Origin: Thermodesulfobacteriota bacterium
Lineage (GTDB): Bacteria > Desulfobacterota_D > UBA1144 > Nemesobacterales > JAJCZQ01
Length of the DNA stretch: 64,000 bases
Reading direction: 5' to 3'
Assembly (NCBI GenBank): GCA_965215275.1
Contig: OZ244044.1
Location: 544,001 to 608,000 of the forward strand
In this document: positions 27,253-39,805 of the stretch, piece after piece
How the letters are laid out: every line of letters begins with the position of its first letter
Numbering within the stretch: the stretch's first letter is position 1
Translations under genes and position numbers: made by a program
The notes under the pieces: model-generated
What the model was told of the DNA's origin: nothing
Seen by the model: the letters and a program-made list of their open reading frames with translations, nothing else
Databases searched by the model: none

Positions 27253-30200
27253 AGACATTAAAAAAGACGCTCAAATCCGGGGTCTGGAAGGCGACAAGAT
27301 CGTCCGGGTCGTCAGTTGTGAACTCGTTGGAACGGATGCCGTCAACATTTTCTACGTAGACCCTGATGGTAAACCTGGAACCCAGATGCTGTTCCGTTCG
27401 GACGAGTCGCGGTTAGAACAGGCCAAAGCTGGTCGTCCCTGGTCATTTGATGCACCGGGCGCTGAATTTAAACTCGGACTGGAAGCCTACCGCATCAGCC
27501 TGGCTCATCTGTTTGATCCGATGATGGCGGTACATACGTCCAGCATAGAACCGCTTCCTCATCAGATATCTGCAGTGTACGAGTCTATGCTGCCACGCCA
27601 GCCGCTGCGCTTTGTACTGGCCGATGATCCCGGCTCAGGTAAAACCATCATGACCGGGCTTTACATTCGTGAACTGCTGATGCGCTCGGATGCAAAACGC
27701 ATTCTTATAGTCTCGCCTGGTTTCCTGTCAGAGCAGTGGCAGGATGAACTGCTGGAAAAATTCGGCCTTCACTTCGAAATATTCAGCCGCGAGAAACAGG
27801 AACAATGTGCATCAGGTAACTTCTTCGAAGAGCAGAATCAGCTCATTGCCCGACTGGATCAGTTATCCCGCAACAATGACTATCAGGAAAAACTCAAAGT
27901 CACCGACTGGGACCTGATCGTGGTGGATGAGGCACACAAGATGTCCGCCCATTACTTCGGCAGCACGGTCAAAGAAACCCGCAGGTTCAAACTGGGCAAA
28001 TTGCTGGGTTCCATAACACGGCATTACCTGCTGGTAACAGCCACCCCGCACAACGGCAAGGAAGAAGACTTTCAGTTGTTCATGTCTCTGCTGGATGGCG
28101 ACCGTTTTTACGGTAAATTCCGTGAAGGTGCACACAAGGTCGACATCGACGACATGATGCGCCGCATGGTCAAAGAAAACCTGCGCAAATTCGATGGCAC
28201 CCCGCTATTTCCTGAGCGCAGAGCCTATACGGCCAATTACGAACTCTCCGATCAGGAAGCAGCACTTTATGACGATGTGACAGAATACGTGCGCGAAGAA
28301 ATGAACCGGGCAGACAAACTCGACGATAAGAAGAAAAACACCGTCGGTTTTGCACTGACCCAGTTGCAACGCCGCCTGGCATCCAGCCCAGAGTCCATAT
28401 ATCAATCCCTCAAGCGCCGCCACAGAAAGCTGGAAGACCAACTCAAAGAGATGAAACTGGTCGCCAGGGGTCGATCGATCAATAAAAAGGGGGTTGCTGA
28501 AACCCTGGATGAATATGTCGTCAGAAAGCAGATAGATGTTCCCGACAATCTCGACGAAGCCTACGATGAACTTACCGGCGAAGAATACGAAACTTTTGCT
28601 GAAGAAGTAGTGGACCAGTCCACCGCTGCTGCCACCATTCCAGAACTCGAAGCCGAGATCAGTATTTTGAAGAAACTGGAGCCCAAGGCGCACGAGGTCG
28701 TGCAATCTGGCAGCGACAAAAAATGGGAGGAGCTTTCCAGCCTGTTACAGGACTCTCCGGAAATGGGTATCAGCGTCCCACGGAACAAATCAGGTAATCG
28801 ACTTAAACTAATCATCTTCACGGAATACAGAGATACTCTGACCTATCTGGTAGACCGCATAAGAGGTTTGATCGGCCGCCCCGAGTCCGTGGTATCCATA
28901 CAGGGCGGAACCAACCGTGATGACCGGCGCAAAATACAGGAAGAGTTCCGCAACAATCCCGATGTACTGATCATGGTTGCCACCGATGCTGCTGGTGAAG
29001 GTGTGAACCTGCAAAATGCCCATCTGATGGTCAACTACGACCTGCCGTGGAATCCCAATCGCCTGGAGCAGCGTTTTGGTCGCATCCACCGTATCGGTCA
29101 AACTGAGGTCTGTCACCTCTGGAACATTGTCGCAGCCAAGACCCGCGAAGGTGCGGTATTTCAAAAACTGCTGGACAAACTGGACGTGGAGCGCGAAGCA
29201 CTGGGTGGCAAAGTTTTCGATATTCTGGGTGAAGCCTTTGAAAATATCTCACTCAAGGATTTGTTGCTGGAAGCTATCCGCTATGGAGAGCAGCCAGAGG
29301 TCAAAGCCAAACTCTATAAGGTTATTGATAACGCACTGGACACCGCCCATCTGAAAGAGATTATTAAACGTAACGCACTGGTAGAGCAAAGCATCGGACT
29401 TGATCAGTTCTACGCAGTTAAAGAAGAGATGGAAAAGGCAGAGGCACGCAAGCTGCAGCCCTATTTCATCCGAGCCTTTTTTACCGAGGCCTTCGGTACC
29501 CTCGGTGGCAAGATGCACAACAGGGAAACCGGCCGCTTTGAAATCCGCCATGTGCCCGCATCCATTCGCGAGCGTGATCGGGTAATCGGTGAAACCCTCA
29601 CCCCTGTACTGAAAAAATACGAACGCGTCTGTTTCGAGAAACAACACCTGAGCATTCAAGGTAAGCCCATGGCCGACTTACTGCACCCGGGTCATCCGCT
29701 CATGCAATCAGTAACCGATATAGTACTTGAAGCACACAGAAAAAAACTGAAACAAGGTTCGGTGCTAGTTGACCCCAATGATAACGGCATTGAGCCAAAA
29801 GTACTCTTCATGATCGACCACAGCCTGCGTCAAAGTGTCAATGGAACAAGGAGCGGAAAAGATGTTGTCGTTTCCCGTCGATTGCAGTTTGTCGAAATTA
29901 ATCAGCACGAAGAGGTCGTTAATGCAGGCTGGGCACCTCACCTTGATCTGCAGCCTATCGATGACAACGACCATGGTCTGGTTAAGGATGTTTTAGACGC
30001 ACCATGGATCACCGACAACCTTGAAACACTGGCACTCAAGCATGCGTCAACCCACCTAGTGCCAGAACACTATCAAGAGGTAAAAACACGACGCGAGGAA
30101 CAAGTCGATAAGATCCATGCCGCTGTACGTGAACGCCTGGTTAAAGAGATCGGCTACTGGTCCGGGCGTTATATAAAACTCTCTGATGACGTTAAGGCTG

Positions 30201-30817
30201 GAAAGCAGCCACGTGTGCAGCCCGAGATGGCCAAGCGGCGATATGAAGAACTCACCGCCAGGCTAGAACAACGGGAGAAAGAACTCATCGCCATGCGCAG
30301 CGTGGTTTCCGGCAGTCCAGTCGTAATAGGTGGCAGCCTGATCATCCCGCAGGGCATGCTGGCACAGCACAAAGGTGAGACCAATTTCACTGCTGATGCA
30401 GCCTCTCGTTCCCGTATTGAGCAAATCGCCATGGATGCCGTCATTAAAACGGAAAAAGCCTTTGGACATGAAGTCAAGAACATTGCAGCGGACAAATGCG
30501 GCTGGGACGTCACCGCAAGACCACCTGCTGTTAACGGCAAGCTGCTGGAGGACCGACATATTGAGGTCAAAGGCAGAGCTAAAGGCCAGAGCACAATAAC
30601 GGTAAGCCGTAATGAGATCATATATGGGCTAAATCAAGCCGAAAAATTCATCCTGGCCATTGTGATCGTAGACGGCGATAGCTATGAAGAACCTTACTAC
30701 ATCAAATATCCGTTTTCTCAGGAACCGGGTTTTGGGGTGGCGAGTATCACTTTCGACCTAAAGGACTTGATATCCAAGGCAGTGGCACCAGAACAAACAT
30801 TACAGGTGGTGGAATAA
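27239..30817 (+). CDS. SNF2-family helicase with C-terminal DUF3883 (PD-(D/E)XK-like) domain
   Basis: [45 protein letters not shown]-terminal GWDV...IEVKGR; SD GGAG before ATG 27239. Confidence 0.94.
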   Translation: MLKFEDIKKDAQIRGLEGDKIVRVVSCELVGTDAVNIFYVDPDGKPGTQMLFRSDESRLEQAKAGRPWSFDAPGAEFKLGLEAYRISLAHLFDPMMAVHTSSIEPLPHQISAVYESMLPRQPLRFVLADDPGSGKTIMTGLYIRELLMRSDAKRILIVSPGFLSEQWQDELLEKFGLHFEIFSREKQEQCASGNFFEEQNQLIARLDQLSRNNDYQEKLKVTDWDLIVVDEAHKMSAHYFGSTVKETRRFKLGKLLGSITRHYLLVTATPHNGKEEDFQLFMSLLDGDRFYGKFREGAHKVDIDDMMRRMVKENLRKFDGTPLFPERRAYTANYELSDQEAALYDDVTEYVREEMNRADKLDDKKKNTVGFALTQLQRRLASSPESIYQSLKRRHRKLEDQLKEMKLVARGRSINKKGVAETLDEYVVRKQIDVPDNLDEAYDELTGEEYETFAEEVVDQSTAAATIPELEAEISILKKLEPKAHEVVQSGSDKKWEELSSLLQDSPEMGISVPRNKSGNRLKLIIFTEYRDTLTYLVDRIRGLIGRPESVVSIQGGTNRDDRRKIQEEFRNNPDVLIMVATDAAGEGVNLQNAHLMVNYDLPWNPNRLEQRFGRIHRIGQTEVCHLWNIVAAKTREGAVFQKLLDKLDVEREALGGKVFDILGEAFENISLKDLLLEAIRYGEQPEVKAKLYKVIDNALDTAHLKEIIKRNALVEQSIGLDQFYAVKEEMEKAEARKLQPYFIRAFFTEAFGTLGGKMHNRETGRFEIRHVPASIRERDRVIGETLTPVLKKYERVCFEKQHLSIQGKPMADLLHPGHPLMQSVTDIVLEAHRKKLKQGSVLVDPNDNGIEPKVLFMIDHSLRQSVNGTRSGKDVVVSRRLQFVEINQHEEVVNAGWAPHLDLQPIDDNDHGLVKDVLDAPWITDNLETLALKHASTHLVPEHYQEVKTRREEQVDKIHAAVRERLVKEIGYWSGRYIKLSDDVKAGKQPRVQPEMAKRRYEELTARLEQREKELIAMRSVVSGSPVVIGGSLIIPQGMLAQHKGETNFTADAASRSRIEQIAMDAVIKTEKAFGHEVKNIAADKCGWDVTARPPAVNGKLLEDRHIEVKGRAKGQSTITVSRNEIIYGLNQAEKFILAIVIVDGDSYEEPYYIKYPFSQEPGFGVASITFDLKDLISKAVAPEQTLQVVE

Positions 30818-33673
30818 ATGAGCACAAAAATTAAAACTCCAAAGAAACTCATTGAGGTGGCACTGCCATTAGATGATATTAGTTCAGCAAGTATTAAGGA
30901 AAAAAACGGATCCATAAAAGGGCATCCACGTGCACTTCATTTATGGTGGGCAAGACGACCTTTGGCAGCAGCCAGGTCCATTCTGTTTGCACAACTGGTA
31001 AACGACCCTGGTGGATCATGTGGACATTATCCAGGTATGACGAAGGAAAAAGCCAGGATAGAGCGCGAAAGACTGTTTGATATCATGAGGCAATTAGCCA
31101 AATGGGAAAACATTAATAACGATGATCTTCTAAAAACCGCTCGACAGGAAATACTGAAAAGTTGGGCCTCAACATGCAAAATAACAGGTGACGATCCAAA
31201 TGTTATGCCTCCGGTCCTTGATCCTTTTGCCGGTGGTCATTCCATACCGATCGAAGCACAGAGATTAGGATTAAAGACCCTAGGTACTGACCTAAACCCG
31301 GTAGCAGTTACCATTGGCAAAGCATTAATTGAAGTTCCTGCCCGTTTCCATGACAAGGAACCCATTGGTCCTCTTCCTGAAGGTTTAAAACAAAATGATC
31401 TACTCGACCAATGGAGTGGCACACAGGGTTTGTCCGAGGATATAAAAAGGTACGGCACGATGCTTTATGATCTGGCAAAGCAGAAGATCGGTCATCTTTA
31501 TCCAGCCATAAAACTGCCTAAAGAACTTGGTTCAACTGAATCTAGCGTTATAGCATGGATCTGGGCCAAGACAACTAAGTGTCCTAATCCAGCTTGTGGT
31601 GCAGAAGTGCCATTAATCAGGTCATTCGAACTTTCTGAAAAGAAAGGAAAAAAGGCAAGAATAGAGGCCGTGATAAACAGAGACACCGATCCTCCATCAA
31701 TTTCTTTTAAGGTCCATATGGACGATCAGCCCGCCGAAGCAAGAAACATAAGCAGAGCAGGTGCGAAATGCCTGTGTTGTGGTTCTCTTGTACCACTGAA
31801 GAGTATTAAAAAACATGGTAAAGAAGGGGGCATCGGTACTCGACTTATCGCTACTGTGTGTAATACAGAAAGTGGCCGAGTTTATGTGACACCAGACGCA
31901 ACACAGGAAGAAACAGCTAAATCCGTTTCACCTCATAATTATCCTTATGATTATCCTTCATCACAATTACCTGATAAAGCTATAAGTTTCAATGTCCAAA
32001 TTTATGGCATTACCAGACACTCACAACTGTTTACAGATAGACAATTACTGCTATTGGGGACTTTGTTCGAACTCCTTACTGATATTAGAGAACAGGTCTT
32101 AAAAGATGCAATAAGCAGTGGTTTTGAGCATGGGAATAGACTTTCAGAAGGTGGAACCGGTGCTGAAGCTTACGCTGATGCTATTATACTTTATCTTTCA
32201 CTTTCTATTTCCCAATGCACGAGTTATCACTGTATAAATGCTCGTTGGGTAAAACATAGCCAGCGTATTGCTCATGCCTTCGGACGCCAAGCAATCGTCA
32301 TGAGTTGGGATTTTGCCGAGAGCAACCCTTTTTATGGACCTTTAACCATTACCACTGCAGTCAAGCGGGTAGCTTCATCTTTGGCGAACGTGGACCCATA
32401 TACATGTGGTTCGGTTTCACAACGAAATGCTAATAGTAATAACGACAAATTAAAGGACGTGATAATTTCTACCGACCCACCATACTATAACAACATTGGG
32501 TATGCAAACCTGTCTGACTTTTTTTACGTGTGGCTTCGCCTTGGGTTAAGAGATGTTTTTCCAAGACTTTACTCAACCATTACAGTCCCAAAATCAGATG
32601 AATTAGTTGCTGAACCATATAGACATGGAGGCAAAAAGAATGCTGAATCCTTTTTTTTGGAAGGAATGACCGGAGCCATGTCAAATATGGCAGAGATATC
32701 CCATCCCGCATTCCCAGTAACAATTTACTACGGCTTTAAACAGTCCGAATCAAGTTCGGCAGGAACTGCTTCAACCGGATGGGATACCTTCTTGCAAGCC
32801 GTCATTTCTGCAGGTTTTACCATTACCGGAACATGGCCACTTAAGACGGAGAGTCCCACAAGGCTTCTGAGCCAAGGAACTAATACATTAACCTCATCTA
32901 TCGTATTGGTATGTCGAAAAAGATCTACACACACCGAAGCAATTTCCAGACGTCAATTCCAGAGGGAATTACGTGAGGAGATGTCTGAAGCATTAGAAGA
33001 AATGATCGGTGGAAGCGAAGGCTCATCGCCAGTAGCTCCCGTAGATCTGGCACAAGCCGCAATTGGTCCTGGCATGGCAATCTTCTCCAGATACTCAGCG
33101 ATCTTGAACCAAGATGGCTCACCTATGACCGTTCATGAAGCCTTAATTTTAATTAATCGAGAGATCACTGAATATCTAAACCCTGAAAGCGGCAGGTTTG
33201 ATGAAGATACCTTGTTTTGCTCTTCATGGTTTGATCAGTACGGCTGGTCAGAGGGTAAATTCGGAGAAGCCGACACCTTGGCTCGAGCAAAGGGTACGTC
33301 CGTAGATGGCGTAAGGGATGCTGGTGTAATAGAATCAGGAGCTGGAAAAGTTCGATTATACCGCTGGGAAGAGTATCCAGCAGAGTGGAACCCTTATCAA
33401 GACAATCGCACTCCCGTTTGGGAGGCACTCCATCATATAATCCGTGTCCTTAACCAAAAAAGTGAATCAGATGCAGGTTTTTTACTTGCTCGTATGCCAG
33501 AGCGTGGTGAATCCATTCGCCAGCTTGCTTATCACCTCTACACACTATGTGAGCGTAAGAACTGGGCTGAGGAAGCCAGGGCTTATAACGAGTTAATTTC
33601 TGCCTGGCATGACATTGTCGCTGCATCACACAACGTTGGACATATCGGATCGCAAACCGAACTTGAGATTTAA
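30818..33673 (+). CDS. DUF1156-family adenine DNA methyltransferase
   Basis: KKLIEVALPL, LHLWWARRPLAAAR, DPFAGG, CPNPAC/CLCC Zn-ribbon, TDPPYY. Confidence 0.94.
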   Translation: MSTKIKTPKKLIEVALPLDDISSASIKEKNGSIKGHPRALHLWWARRPLAAARSILFAQLVNDPGGSCGHYPGMTKEKARIERERLFDIMRQLAKWENINNDDLLKTARQEILKSWASTCKITGDDPNVMPPVLDPFAGGHSIPIEAQRLGLKTLGTDLNPVAVTIGKALIEVPARFHDKEPIGPLPEGLKQNDLLDQWSGTQGLSEDIKRYGTMLYDLAKQKIGHLYPAIKLPKELGSTESSVIAWIWAKTTKCPNPACGAEVPLIRSFELSEKKGKKARIEAVINRDTDPPSISFKVHMDDQPAEARNISRAGAKCLCCGSLVPLKSIKKHGKEGGIGTRLIATVCNTESGRVYVTPDATQEETAKSVSPHNYPYDYPSSQLPDKAISFNVQIYGITRHSQLFTDRQLLLLGTLFELLTDIREQVLKDAISSGFEHGNRLSEGGTGAEAYADAIILYLSLSISQCTSYHCINARWVKHSQRIAHAFGRQAIVMSWDFAESNPFYGPLTITTAVKRVASSLANVDPYTCGSVSQRNANSNNDKLKDVIISTDPPYYNNIGYANLSDFFYVWLRLGLRDVFPRLYSTITVPKSDELVAEPYRHGGKKNAESFFLEGMTGAMSNMAEISHPAFPVTIYYGFKQSESSSAGTASTGWDTFLQAVISAGFTITGTWPLKTESPTRLLSQGTNTLTSSIVLVCRKRSTHTEAISRRQFQRELREEMSEALEEMIGGSEGSSPVAPVDLAQAAIGPGMAIFSRYSAILNQDGSPMTVHEALILINREITEYLNPESGRFDEDTLFCSSWFDQYGWSEGKFGEADTLARAKGTSVDGVRDAGVIESGAGKVRLYRWEEYPAEWNPYQDNRTPVWEALHHIIRVLNQKSESDAGFLLARMPERGESIRQLAYHLYTLCERKNWAEEARAYNELISAWHDIVAASHNVGHIGSQTELEI

Positions 33674-33688
33674 AGGAGGATAAGAACA

Positions 33689-36523
33689 ATGACGATCAAA
33701 CCCTGGCGTGAAATTATAAAACCTCACAAAGATGTGCTCGAGGGTACGTTCAAGCAATCTGAATTTGCAGCCGATATCTCTCAGGTGGCCTCCTGTACAG
33801 CAACCGATGAATACCAAGACCCAGAGAAGTTCTTTGCCCGCACATTCATTACGGAGGGCATGCGCCTGTTATTAATTTCCGTTGCTCAGCGACTGGCTGG
33901 TCAGGGTGGCGACCCTGTTATACAACTGCAAACCGCTTTTGGTGGTGGCAAGACCCATACCATGCTGGCCGTGTTCCATATGGCTGATCGAAAAGTCAGC
34001 ACCGATAAACTGGCAGGTATCCCTACTGTCCTTGATGAAGCAGGTATTTCTCAATTGCCTCGTGCCAAGGTCGCCGTACTGGATGGTATTAAACTCTCCC
34101 CAAGCCAACCGCTTGATCACGATGGCCTGACCGTTAATACCCTGTGGGGTGAACTGGCCTGCCAACTTCTAGGCAAAGCTGGATATAACAAAGTAGCACA
34201 AGCGGATCAGGATGGAACATCACCAGGTAAAGACGTTCTGGTGGATCTGCTGAACGAAGCATCTCCATGTGTGGTACTGATCGATGAACTCGTTGCTTTC
34301 ATCCGTCAGTTCGATATTGGTAAGCAGTTCAATGCCGGAACTTTCGACAGCAATATCTCGTTCATCCAGGCACTCACTGAAGCTATGAAATCGGTTCCTG
34401 ATGCCATTCTTTTAGCCTCCCTACCCGCGTCTGATCTTGAGGTCGGTGGTAACATGGGTCAAAGAGCATTGAACTCTCTTGAGCAATATTTTGCACGTGT
34501 GGAATCCGTCTGGAAACCGGTTGCCACCGAAGAAGCTTTTGAGATCGTCAGACGCCGTCTGTTCGATACCGTTGACGACAGCACTGAACTTGAAAACGTA
34601 TGTAAGCGTTTCGCTGATCTCTACCGGGACAACAGCGACAAGTTCCCATCGGATACCCAGTCCAGTCACTATCAGGACCGACTACGTCAGTCCTATCCTA
34701 TTCATCCGGAAATCTTTGACCGGCTGTATGAAGACTGGTCCACACTGGATAAATTCCAGCGTACCCGTGGCGTATTGCAATACATGGCAATAGTTATCCA
34801 TCACCTGTGGAATTCTGACAACCGTGACGCACTCATCATGCCTGGTTCTATTCCAATGTATGACGACAATGTAAGAACCAAGAGCATTCATTATCTGCCG
34901 CAGGGATGGGAACCTGTTATTGAGAAAGAAATTGATGGACCAAGATCAGAACCCTTTAATATTGACGGTCATGACACCCGGTTTGGCAGCGTACAGGCTG
35001 CTCGTCGTGCCGCACGTACTATTTTCCTTGGCAGTGCGCCATCGACTGGTGACCAGATGATCCGCGGGATCAAGGCAGATCAAATCCTGCTGGGAACTTT
35101 GCAGCCGGGACAGACGGCTGGTGTATTTGAAGACGTCCTGCGCCGCTTACGTGACCGATTGCACCACCTCTACTCGAAAGAGGAGCGTTTATGGTTCGAT
35201 ACCAAACCGAACCTTCGGCGCGAAATGGAAAGCCGTAAGCAAAATATCAATGATCAGAAGGAGGTACAACCACAACTCAAGGCTCGGGTCACCGGAGTCT
35301 TTGGGCGTAATAATTCCTTTGCCGGTATCCATGTATTCACACCATCCGCTGATGTGCCGGACGAATGGGGAACTGGTCCAAGGCTGGTCGTACTGTCACC
35401 AAGATCATCATACAGCCGTGGTGATGATGACAATATGGCCTGTGCTACCGAAGAGATACTACACAAACGTGGTGAACATCCCCGTCAGAAACAGAACCGT
35501 TTGATCTTCCTTGCTCCAGACTACGACGTTGTTAGCCGGTTAAGTGATCAGGCAAGAACCTATCTGGCATGGAAATCCATCCTTGATGATTTCCAGTCGG
35601 ATAAACTGGTCTATCAAAGTAATCAGCTTGCCGAGGTTAAACGTGCCGTAGAAGGTGCCGAGCAAACGCTTCAGCGATTAGTCCGTGAAACCTACAAATG
35701 GCTGATCTGCCCCGTTGTGGAAGAACCCGTCCGTGGCAAACAACCACTTAAGTGGGAGACCATCTTGGTATCCCCCACCGCACAGAACCTTGTGCAGGAG
35801 ATCGAAAACAAACTCCGCGAAGAAGATTGGCTGATATCAGAATGGTCACCCATACACCTACGCAACATACTAAACAAGTGGTATTTCAAGGATGGCGTCA
35901 CAGAGGTCAGTGCACTTAAGGTTTACCAAGACTGCTGCAATTACCTCTATTTGCCCCGACTACAAAATGACCAAGTGTTAAAGCGTTCCATTGAGCAAGG
36001 GCTGAAAACGGAAGACTTCTTTGGTTTCGCAAGAGGCAAGGAAGAAGGCAAATACCTCGGATTTGTCTTTGGTAACAACACCATGGTTACTCTGGATGAT
36101 TCAGAATTACTAATAGAACGTGATGCTGCCGCTGCGTACAAAGAAAGTATTAAGCCGCCACAGTCAGAACCAGATACCACGGGAGGTAGTGATCAGCCTG
36201 ATAATACTATTCCACCAAGCGGAGGAACTGCCTCACAACCTGGAGATAAAGTATCAGCAAAACCTACTCCGGGAGCAATGGTTAAAAAAGAGTTTTATGG
36301 CACGACCACGCTGGAACCTGTCGGTGCAACCATGGAGTTTCAGAAAATCGTGGATGAAGTGGTCCAGCAATTTACTTCGAAACTGGGTGTTGAGGTCACA
36401 ATTACAGTATATATCACAGCTAAATCCCGTGATGGTTTTGATGAATCCATGCAACGTTCGATCAAGGAAAACTGTAACGTGCTCCAGTTCAGTAGTGCGG
36501 AATTTGAGGAAGGTGAGCAATAA
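33689..36523 (+). CDS. DUF499-family AAA+ ATPase
   Basis: [13 protein letters not shown]...[17 protein letters not shown] (Walker A), LIDELV (Walker B), [14 protein letters not shown]. Confidence 0.94.
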   Translation: MTIKPWREIIKPHKDVLEGTFKQSEFAADISQVASCTATDEYQDPEKFFARTFITEGMRLLLISVAQRLAGQGGDPVIQLQTAFGGGKTHTMLAVFHMADRKVSTDKLAGIPTVLDEAGISQLPRAKVAVLDGIKLSPSQPLDHDGLTVNTLWGELACQLLGKAGYNKVAQADQDGTSPGKDVLVDLLNEASPCVVLIDELVAFIRQFDIGKQFNAGTFDSNISFIQALTEAMKSVPDAILLASLPASDLEVGGNMGQRALNSLEQYFARVESVWKPVATEEAFEIVRRRLFDTVDDSTELENVCKRFADLYRDNSDKFPSDTQSSHYQDRLRQSYPIHPEIFDRLYEDWSTLDKFQRTRGVLQYMAIVIHHLWNSDNRDALIMPGSIPMYDDNVRTKSIHYLPQGWEPVIEKEIDGPRSEPFNIDGHDTRFGSVQAARRAARTIFLGSAPSTGDQMIRGIKADQILLGTLQPGQTAGVFEDVLRRLRDRLHHLYSKEERLWFDTKPNLRREMESRKQNINDQKEVQPQLKARVTGVFGRNNSFAGIHVFTPSADVPDEWGTGPRLVVLSPRSSYSRGDDDNMACATEEILHKRGEHPRQKQNRLIFLAPDYDVVSRLSDQARTYLAWKSILDDFQSDKLVYQSNQLAEVKRAVEGAEQTLQRLVRETYKWLICPVVEEPVRGKQPLKWETILVSPTAQNLVQEIENKLREEDWLISEWSPIHLRNILNKWYFKDGVTEVSALKVYQDCCNYLYLPRLQNDQVLKRSIEQGLKTEDFFGFARGKEEGKYLGFVFGNNTMVTLDDSELLIERDAAAAYKESIKPPQSEPDTTGGSDQPDNTIPPSGGTASQPGDKVSAKPTPGAMVKKEFYGTTTLEPVGATMEFQKIVDEVVQQFTSKLGVEVTITVYITAKSRDGFDESMQRSIKENCNVLQFSSAEFEEGEQ

Positions 36524-36780
36524 TTGACTTTGCCTCGCTCTTAAATACTACAGACAAGATCAATAAGGTGGATAAAATCACAAAAAAGCCGTTTAGCAGA
36601 CAGGAGCAAAGGAACCAAAGTTTATTTGTTTTACAAATACACATAAATTAGAATCAAAGAGAACATCTCCTCCACCATTACTGGAACTGTTAATATTCTA
36701 TACAAGTGCACATCATGTTCTGGGATTGAGCATGGTAAAAACAATGAAAGACACAGATAATCAGCAGTAAAGAGAATAGT

Positions 36781-37536
36781 GTGAACAAAAAAAACGTGAC
36801 AAATAACAAGGTTTTAATGCCTGCTATTGAAAAGGTGGAACAATCTGATTCTGTCTATCCCAGTCGCTTGCTCACCGTATTGAAAAACAAAGCACCAACA
36901 ACACTTTATTTACAAGGGAATATCAGCCTTCTGGAAATGGATGGAATCGGATTTTCCGGGTCCAGAAATTCCAGTCAAAATGGAATAGATACAGTCAGAG
37001 ACTGTGCTGAGCAAGCTGCCAATGCCGGGCTCGCCGTAATCTCCGGCAATGCCGCAGGCATAGACCTTGAAGCACATTATCACGCGCTCTCCGCGAATGG
37101 CTCGACCATTCTCGTTATTCCAGAAGGAATTAACCATTTCCGAATAAAGCGTGCACTGGTACCCGTCTGGGATTGGGAGCGTACACTCGTAATCAGTCAA
37201 TTCAACCCTGACGATGCATGGAAAAATTATCGTGCTATGAAACGTAATCAGGTGATCATTGGTTTAAGCAAAGCAATGATCGTCATCGAGGCTGGAGAAA
37301 AAGGCGGGACCATGAATGCCGGGATGGAGACACTTAAACGTGATACCCCTCTCTACGTGGCTGAATACCAGGATATGTCAGTTGATGCTCGGGGCAACAA
37401 AAAACTACTTGAGCTTGGTGGAAAGCGGCTGGCTCGCAGCCGTTCAACAGTCCGTGCGAATATGAAAAATGTCTTTGATGATGTTACTAGAGACCCTGCA
37501 AACCAATCCCATCAAGATCAGACAGGACTTATTTAG
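36781..37536 (+). CDS. DprA/Smf (SLOG) family protein, short defence-associated type
   Basis: YPSRL...P..LYLQGN, GSR, ISGNAAGID, RNQVIIGLS, VIEAGEKGGT; lacks the SAM and C-terminal wHTH domains of competence DprA. Confidence 0.9.
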   Translation: MNKKNVTNNKVLMPAIEKVEQSDSVYPSRLLTVLKNKAPTTLYLQGNISLLEMDGIGFSGSRNSSQNGIDTVRDCAEQAANAGLAVISGNAAGIDLEAHYHALSANGSTILVIPEGINHFRIKRALVPVWDWERTLVISQFNPDDAWKNYRAMKRNQVIIGLSKAMIVIEAGEKGGTMNAGMETLKRDTPLYVAEYQDMSVDARGNKKLLELGGKRLARSRSTVRANMKNVFDDVTRDPANQSHQDQTGLI

Positions 37537-37606
37537 TTGTGAATTACTGATGTCTGAAGATAAACCGTCACAAGGTTATTAAAAGTATACAGTCCACTTT
37601 TTATTT

Positions 37607-37699
<93 letters not shown>

Positions 37700-37772
37700 T
37701 TTAAGCTAATTGAAATAATGGCACGTTAAAGTCTGCAGTTAAAGTTAAAACCCCGTGCTATATTTCCTGAGT

Positions 37773-38153
37773 TTACTTAGGACGGCACTTGCAGATATCA
37801 ACCCTGATGTACTCAACTACGTTGGTTATATCTTCAGATGTAAGCGTGCCTTCCCATGGAGGCATCAGGAAAGACTTTCCAACTGAAGGACCTCCCTTGC
37901 TTATAACCTTTATAAGATGTGCGTCACTTAAACCAGACACGTAATCAGCACTGCTCAGGTCCCTCGGTTTTGGATTAAGGGCAGCTGCCGCCACACCATC
38001 ACCTTTACCACCCATGCCATGACAGGAAGCACAGATGTTGTTATATATTACCTTGCCCTTTGAAGCATCGGCGGCGTGGCTATTTGAGGCAGTGGTAAAA
38101 CTCAATCCTGAAAATATCAAAAACAATAAGATAGCACTTAATCCTTTATTCAA
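37773..38153 (-). CDS. Cytochrome c (class I, monoheme)
   Basis: Signal peptide, CASCH, GDG...PKPRDL, MPPW distal Met. Confidence 0.93.
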   Translation of the reverse strand: MNKGLSAILLFLIFSGLSFTTASNSHAADASKGKVIYNNICASCHGMGGKGDGVAAAALNPKPRDLSSADYVSGLSDAHLIKVISKGGPSVGKSFLMPPWEGTLTSEDITNVVEYIRVDICKCRPK

Positions 38154-38244
38154 AATCCTGCCTCCCGACTTTTTTCTAAATCCTAAACTTTACCACAAAT
38201 TTATATTGGTAAAAAATTTTTATATGGGAATAATTATTTTAAAC

Positions 38245-38326
38245 GGGCGGGTGGCGGAATGGTAGACGCGACGGTCTCAAAAACCGTTGGGCTTTGCCCG
38301 TGAGGGTTCGACTCCCTCTCCGCCTA
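38245..38326 (+). tRNA. tRNA-Leu(CAA)
   Basis: GGGCGGGTGGCGGAATGGTAGACGCG ACGGT-CTCAAAA-ACCGT ... GGTTCGACTCC; CCA not encoded. Confidence 0.95.
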
Positions 38327-38383
38327 TAAATTTATCTGGTAAGTTCTAAACGCAATATATAATAAACCCCACTCATAATCACT

Positions 38384-39142
38384 ATGAAAATACTTGTTTC
38401 TAACGATGACGGTATAAGTTCCGAGGGATTAAATTCTCTTGTAGAAGTGGCAGAAGACCTTGCCGATGAAGTATTTGTCGTTGCTCCTGACAGAGACCAA
38501 AGTGCCGCAAGCCATTCCCTCAGCCTGCACACACCGCTCAGGGCGGTCAAGGTCGCAGAAAATGTTTACAGCGTAGAAGGAACACCAACTGACTGCATTA
38601 ATCTTGCAGTCAACGGCTTATTTAAAGACAATAAACCTGATCTGATCATATCCGGCATTAACAAAGCGGCGAACATGGGAGACGATATAACTTATTCAGG
38701 AACCGTAAGTGCGGCAATAGAAGGCACCTTGCTGAAAGTTCCCTCAATTGCCTTCTCGCTCGCTTCACGAAACAACTTCAATTTCAAAACGGGTTCATAT
38801 TATTCAAAAGTAGTTACAAAACACGTTATTGAAAATGGACTTCCTGAAGGGGTTCTTCTTAACGTGAACATCCCGAACCTTGATGTAGATGAAGTCAAGG
38901 GGATAAAGGTAACCAGACAGGGTAAAAGAGTGTACAACGAATCGATCGTAAGCAATATAGACCCTCGGGGAAAAGAGTACTTCTGGATCGGAGGCAACGA
39001 GATCGCCTACGTAAATATAGAGGAATCGGACATTGTTTCTGTAAATGAAGGATATGTGTCCGTAACGCCTATAAGACTGGATATGACCGACTATGACTAC
39101 TTAAAGGAGCTGAGCGGCGTAAAGTTCAATGAACTGAAATAA
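38384..39142 (+). CDS. surE: 5'/3'-nucleotidase SurE
   Basis: ILVSNDDG, VAPDRDQSA, GTPTDC, SGIN, YSGTVSAA. Confidence 0.97.
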   Translation: MKILVSNDDGISSEGLNSLVEVAEDLADEVFVVAPDRDQSAASHSLSLHTPLRAVKVAENVYSVEGTPTDCINLAVNGLFKDNKPDLIISGINKAANMGDDITYSGTVSAAIEGTLLKVPSIAFSLASRNNFNFKTGSYYSKVVTKHVIENGLPEGVLLNVNIPNLDVDEVKGIKVTRQGKRVYNESIVSNIDPRGKEYFWIGGNEIAYVNIEESDIVSVNEGYVSVTPIRLDMTDYDYLKELSGVKFNELK

Positions 39143-39726
39143 TGTTGAAATCCCTTTATGATAAGATCCTTAAGTGGTGCGAAAATAAATACAGCGTGTA
39201 CGTACTGGCTGGCGTCTCTTTTTTTGAAGCATCCATATTCCCGATCCCGCCCGACCCTATCCTTATAACCATCTGCCTGAGCAAGCCAAAGAGGTCCCTT
39301 TACATCGCACTTGTATGCTCGGTTTTTTCAGTCCTTGGTGCGATCCTGGGTTATTTTATCGGTTCAGCCCTATGGTCGGCAGTTGACGGTTTTTTCTTTG
39401 ACTACATTTTCAGTGAGCAGGTTTTTCTGAACGTACGGGAGCTTTATCATGAAAACTCCTTTACAGCTTTACTGGCAGCGGCGTTCACACCGATCCCGTA
39501 CAAAGTCTTTACGGTCGCCGCGGGGGTCTTTCAAATAAGCCTGACAGACCTTATCGCAGCATCGGCGATCGGCAGGTCCGCAAGGTTCTTTCTTGAAGGA
39601 GGACTGATATATTTCTTCGGAGCGGGAATAAAAACGTTCATAGACAGGTACTTTAATCTCTTAACGATAGCAGCTACCCTGCTTATAATAGCCTTGATAA
39701 TAGTTTACAGATTACTGGACTGGTAA
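39142..39726 (+). CDS. YqaA/DedA (VTT domain) membrane protein
   Basis: SFFEASIFPIPPD, FTPIPYKVF, GRSARF. Confidence 0.9.
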   Translation: MLKSLYDKILKWCENKYSVYVLAGVSFFEASIFPIPPDPILITICLSKPKRSLYIALVCSVFSVLGAILGYFIGSALWSAVDGFFFDYIFSEQVFLNVRELYHENSFTALLAAAFTPIPYKVFTVAAGVFQISLTDLIAASAIGRSARFFLEGGLIYFFGAGIKTFIDRYFNLLTIAATLLIIALIIVYRLLDW

Positions 39727-39805
39727 CTTGTACCATCTACTTTGCAGATTAAGCTGGTGTATATATTGATAGAAAATCCATATACCTTGGTCTATACTAT
39801 AGGTT

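Noticed and set aside
26977..27258. 93-aa minus-strand ORF
   Set aside because: Antisense to the WYL remnant and helicase start; no recognisable motif
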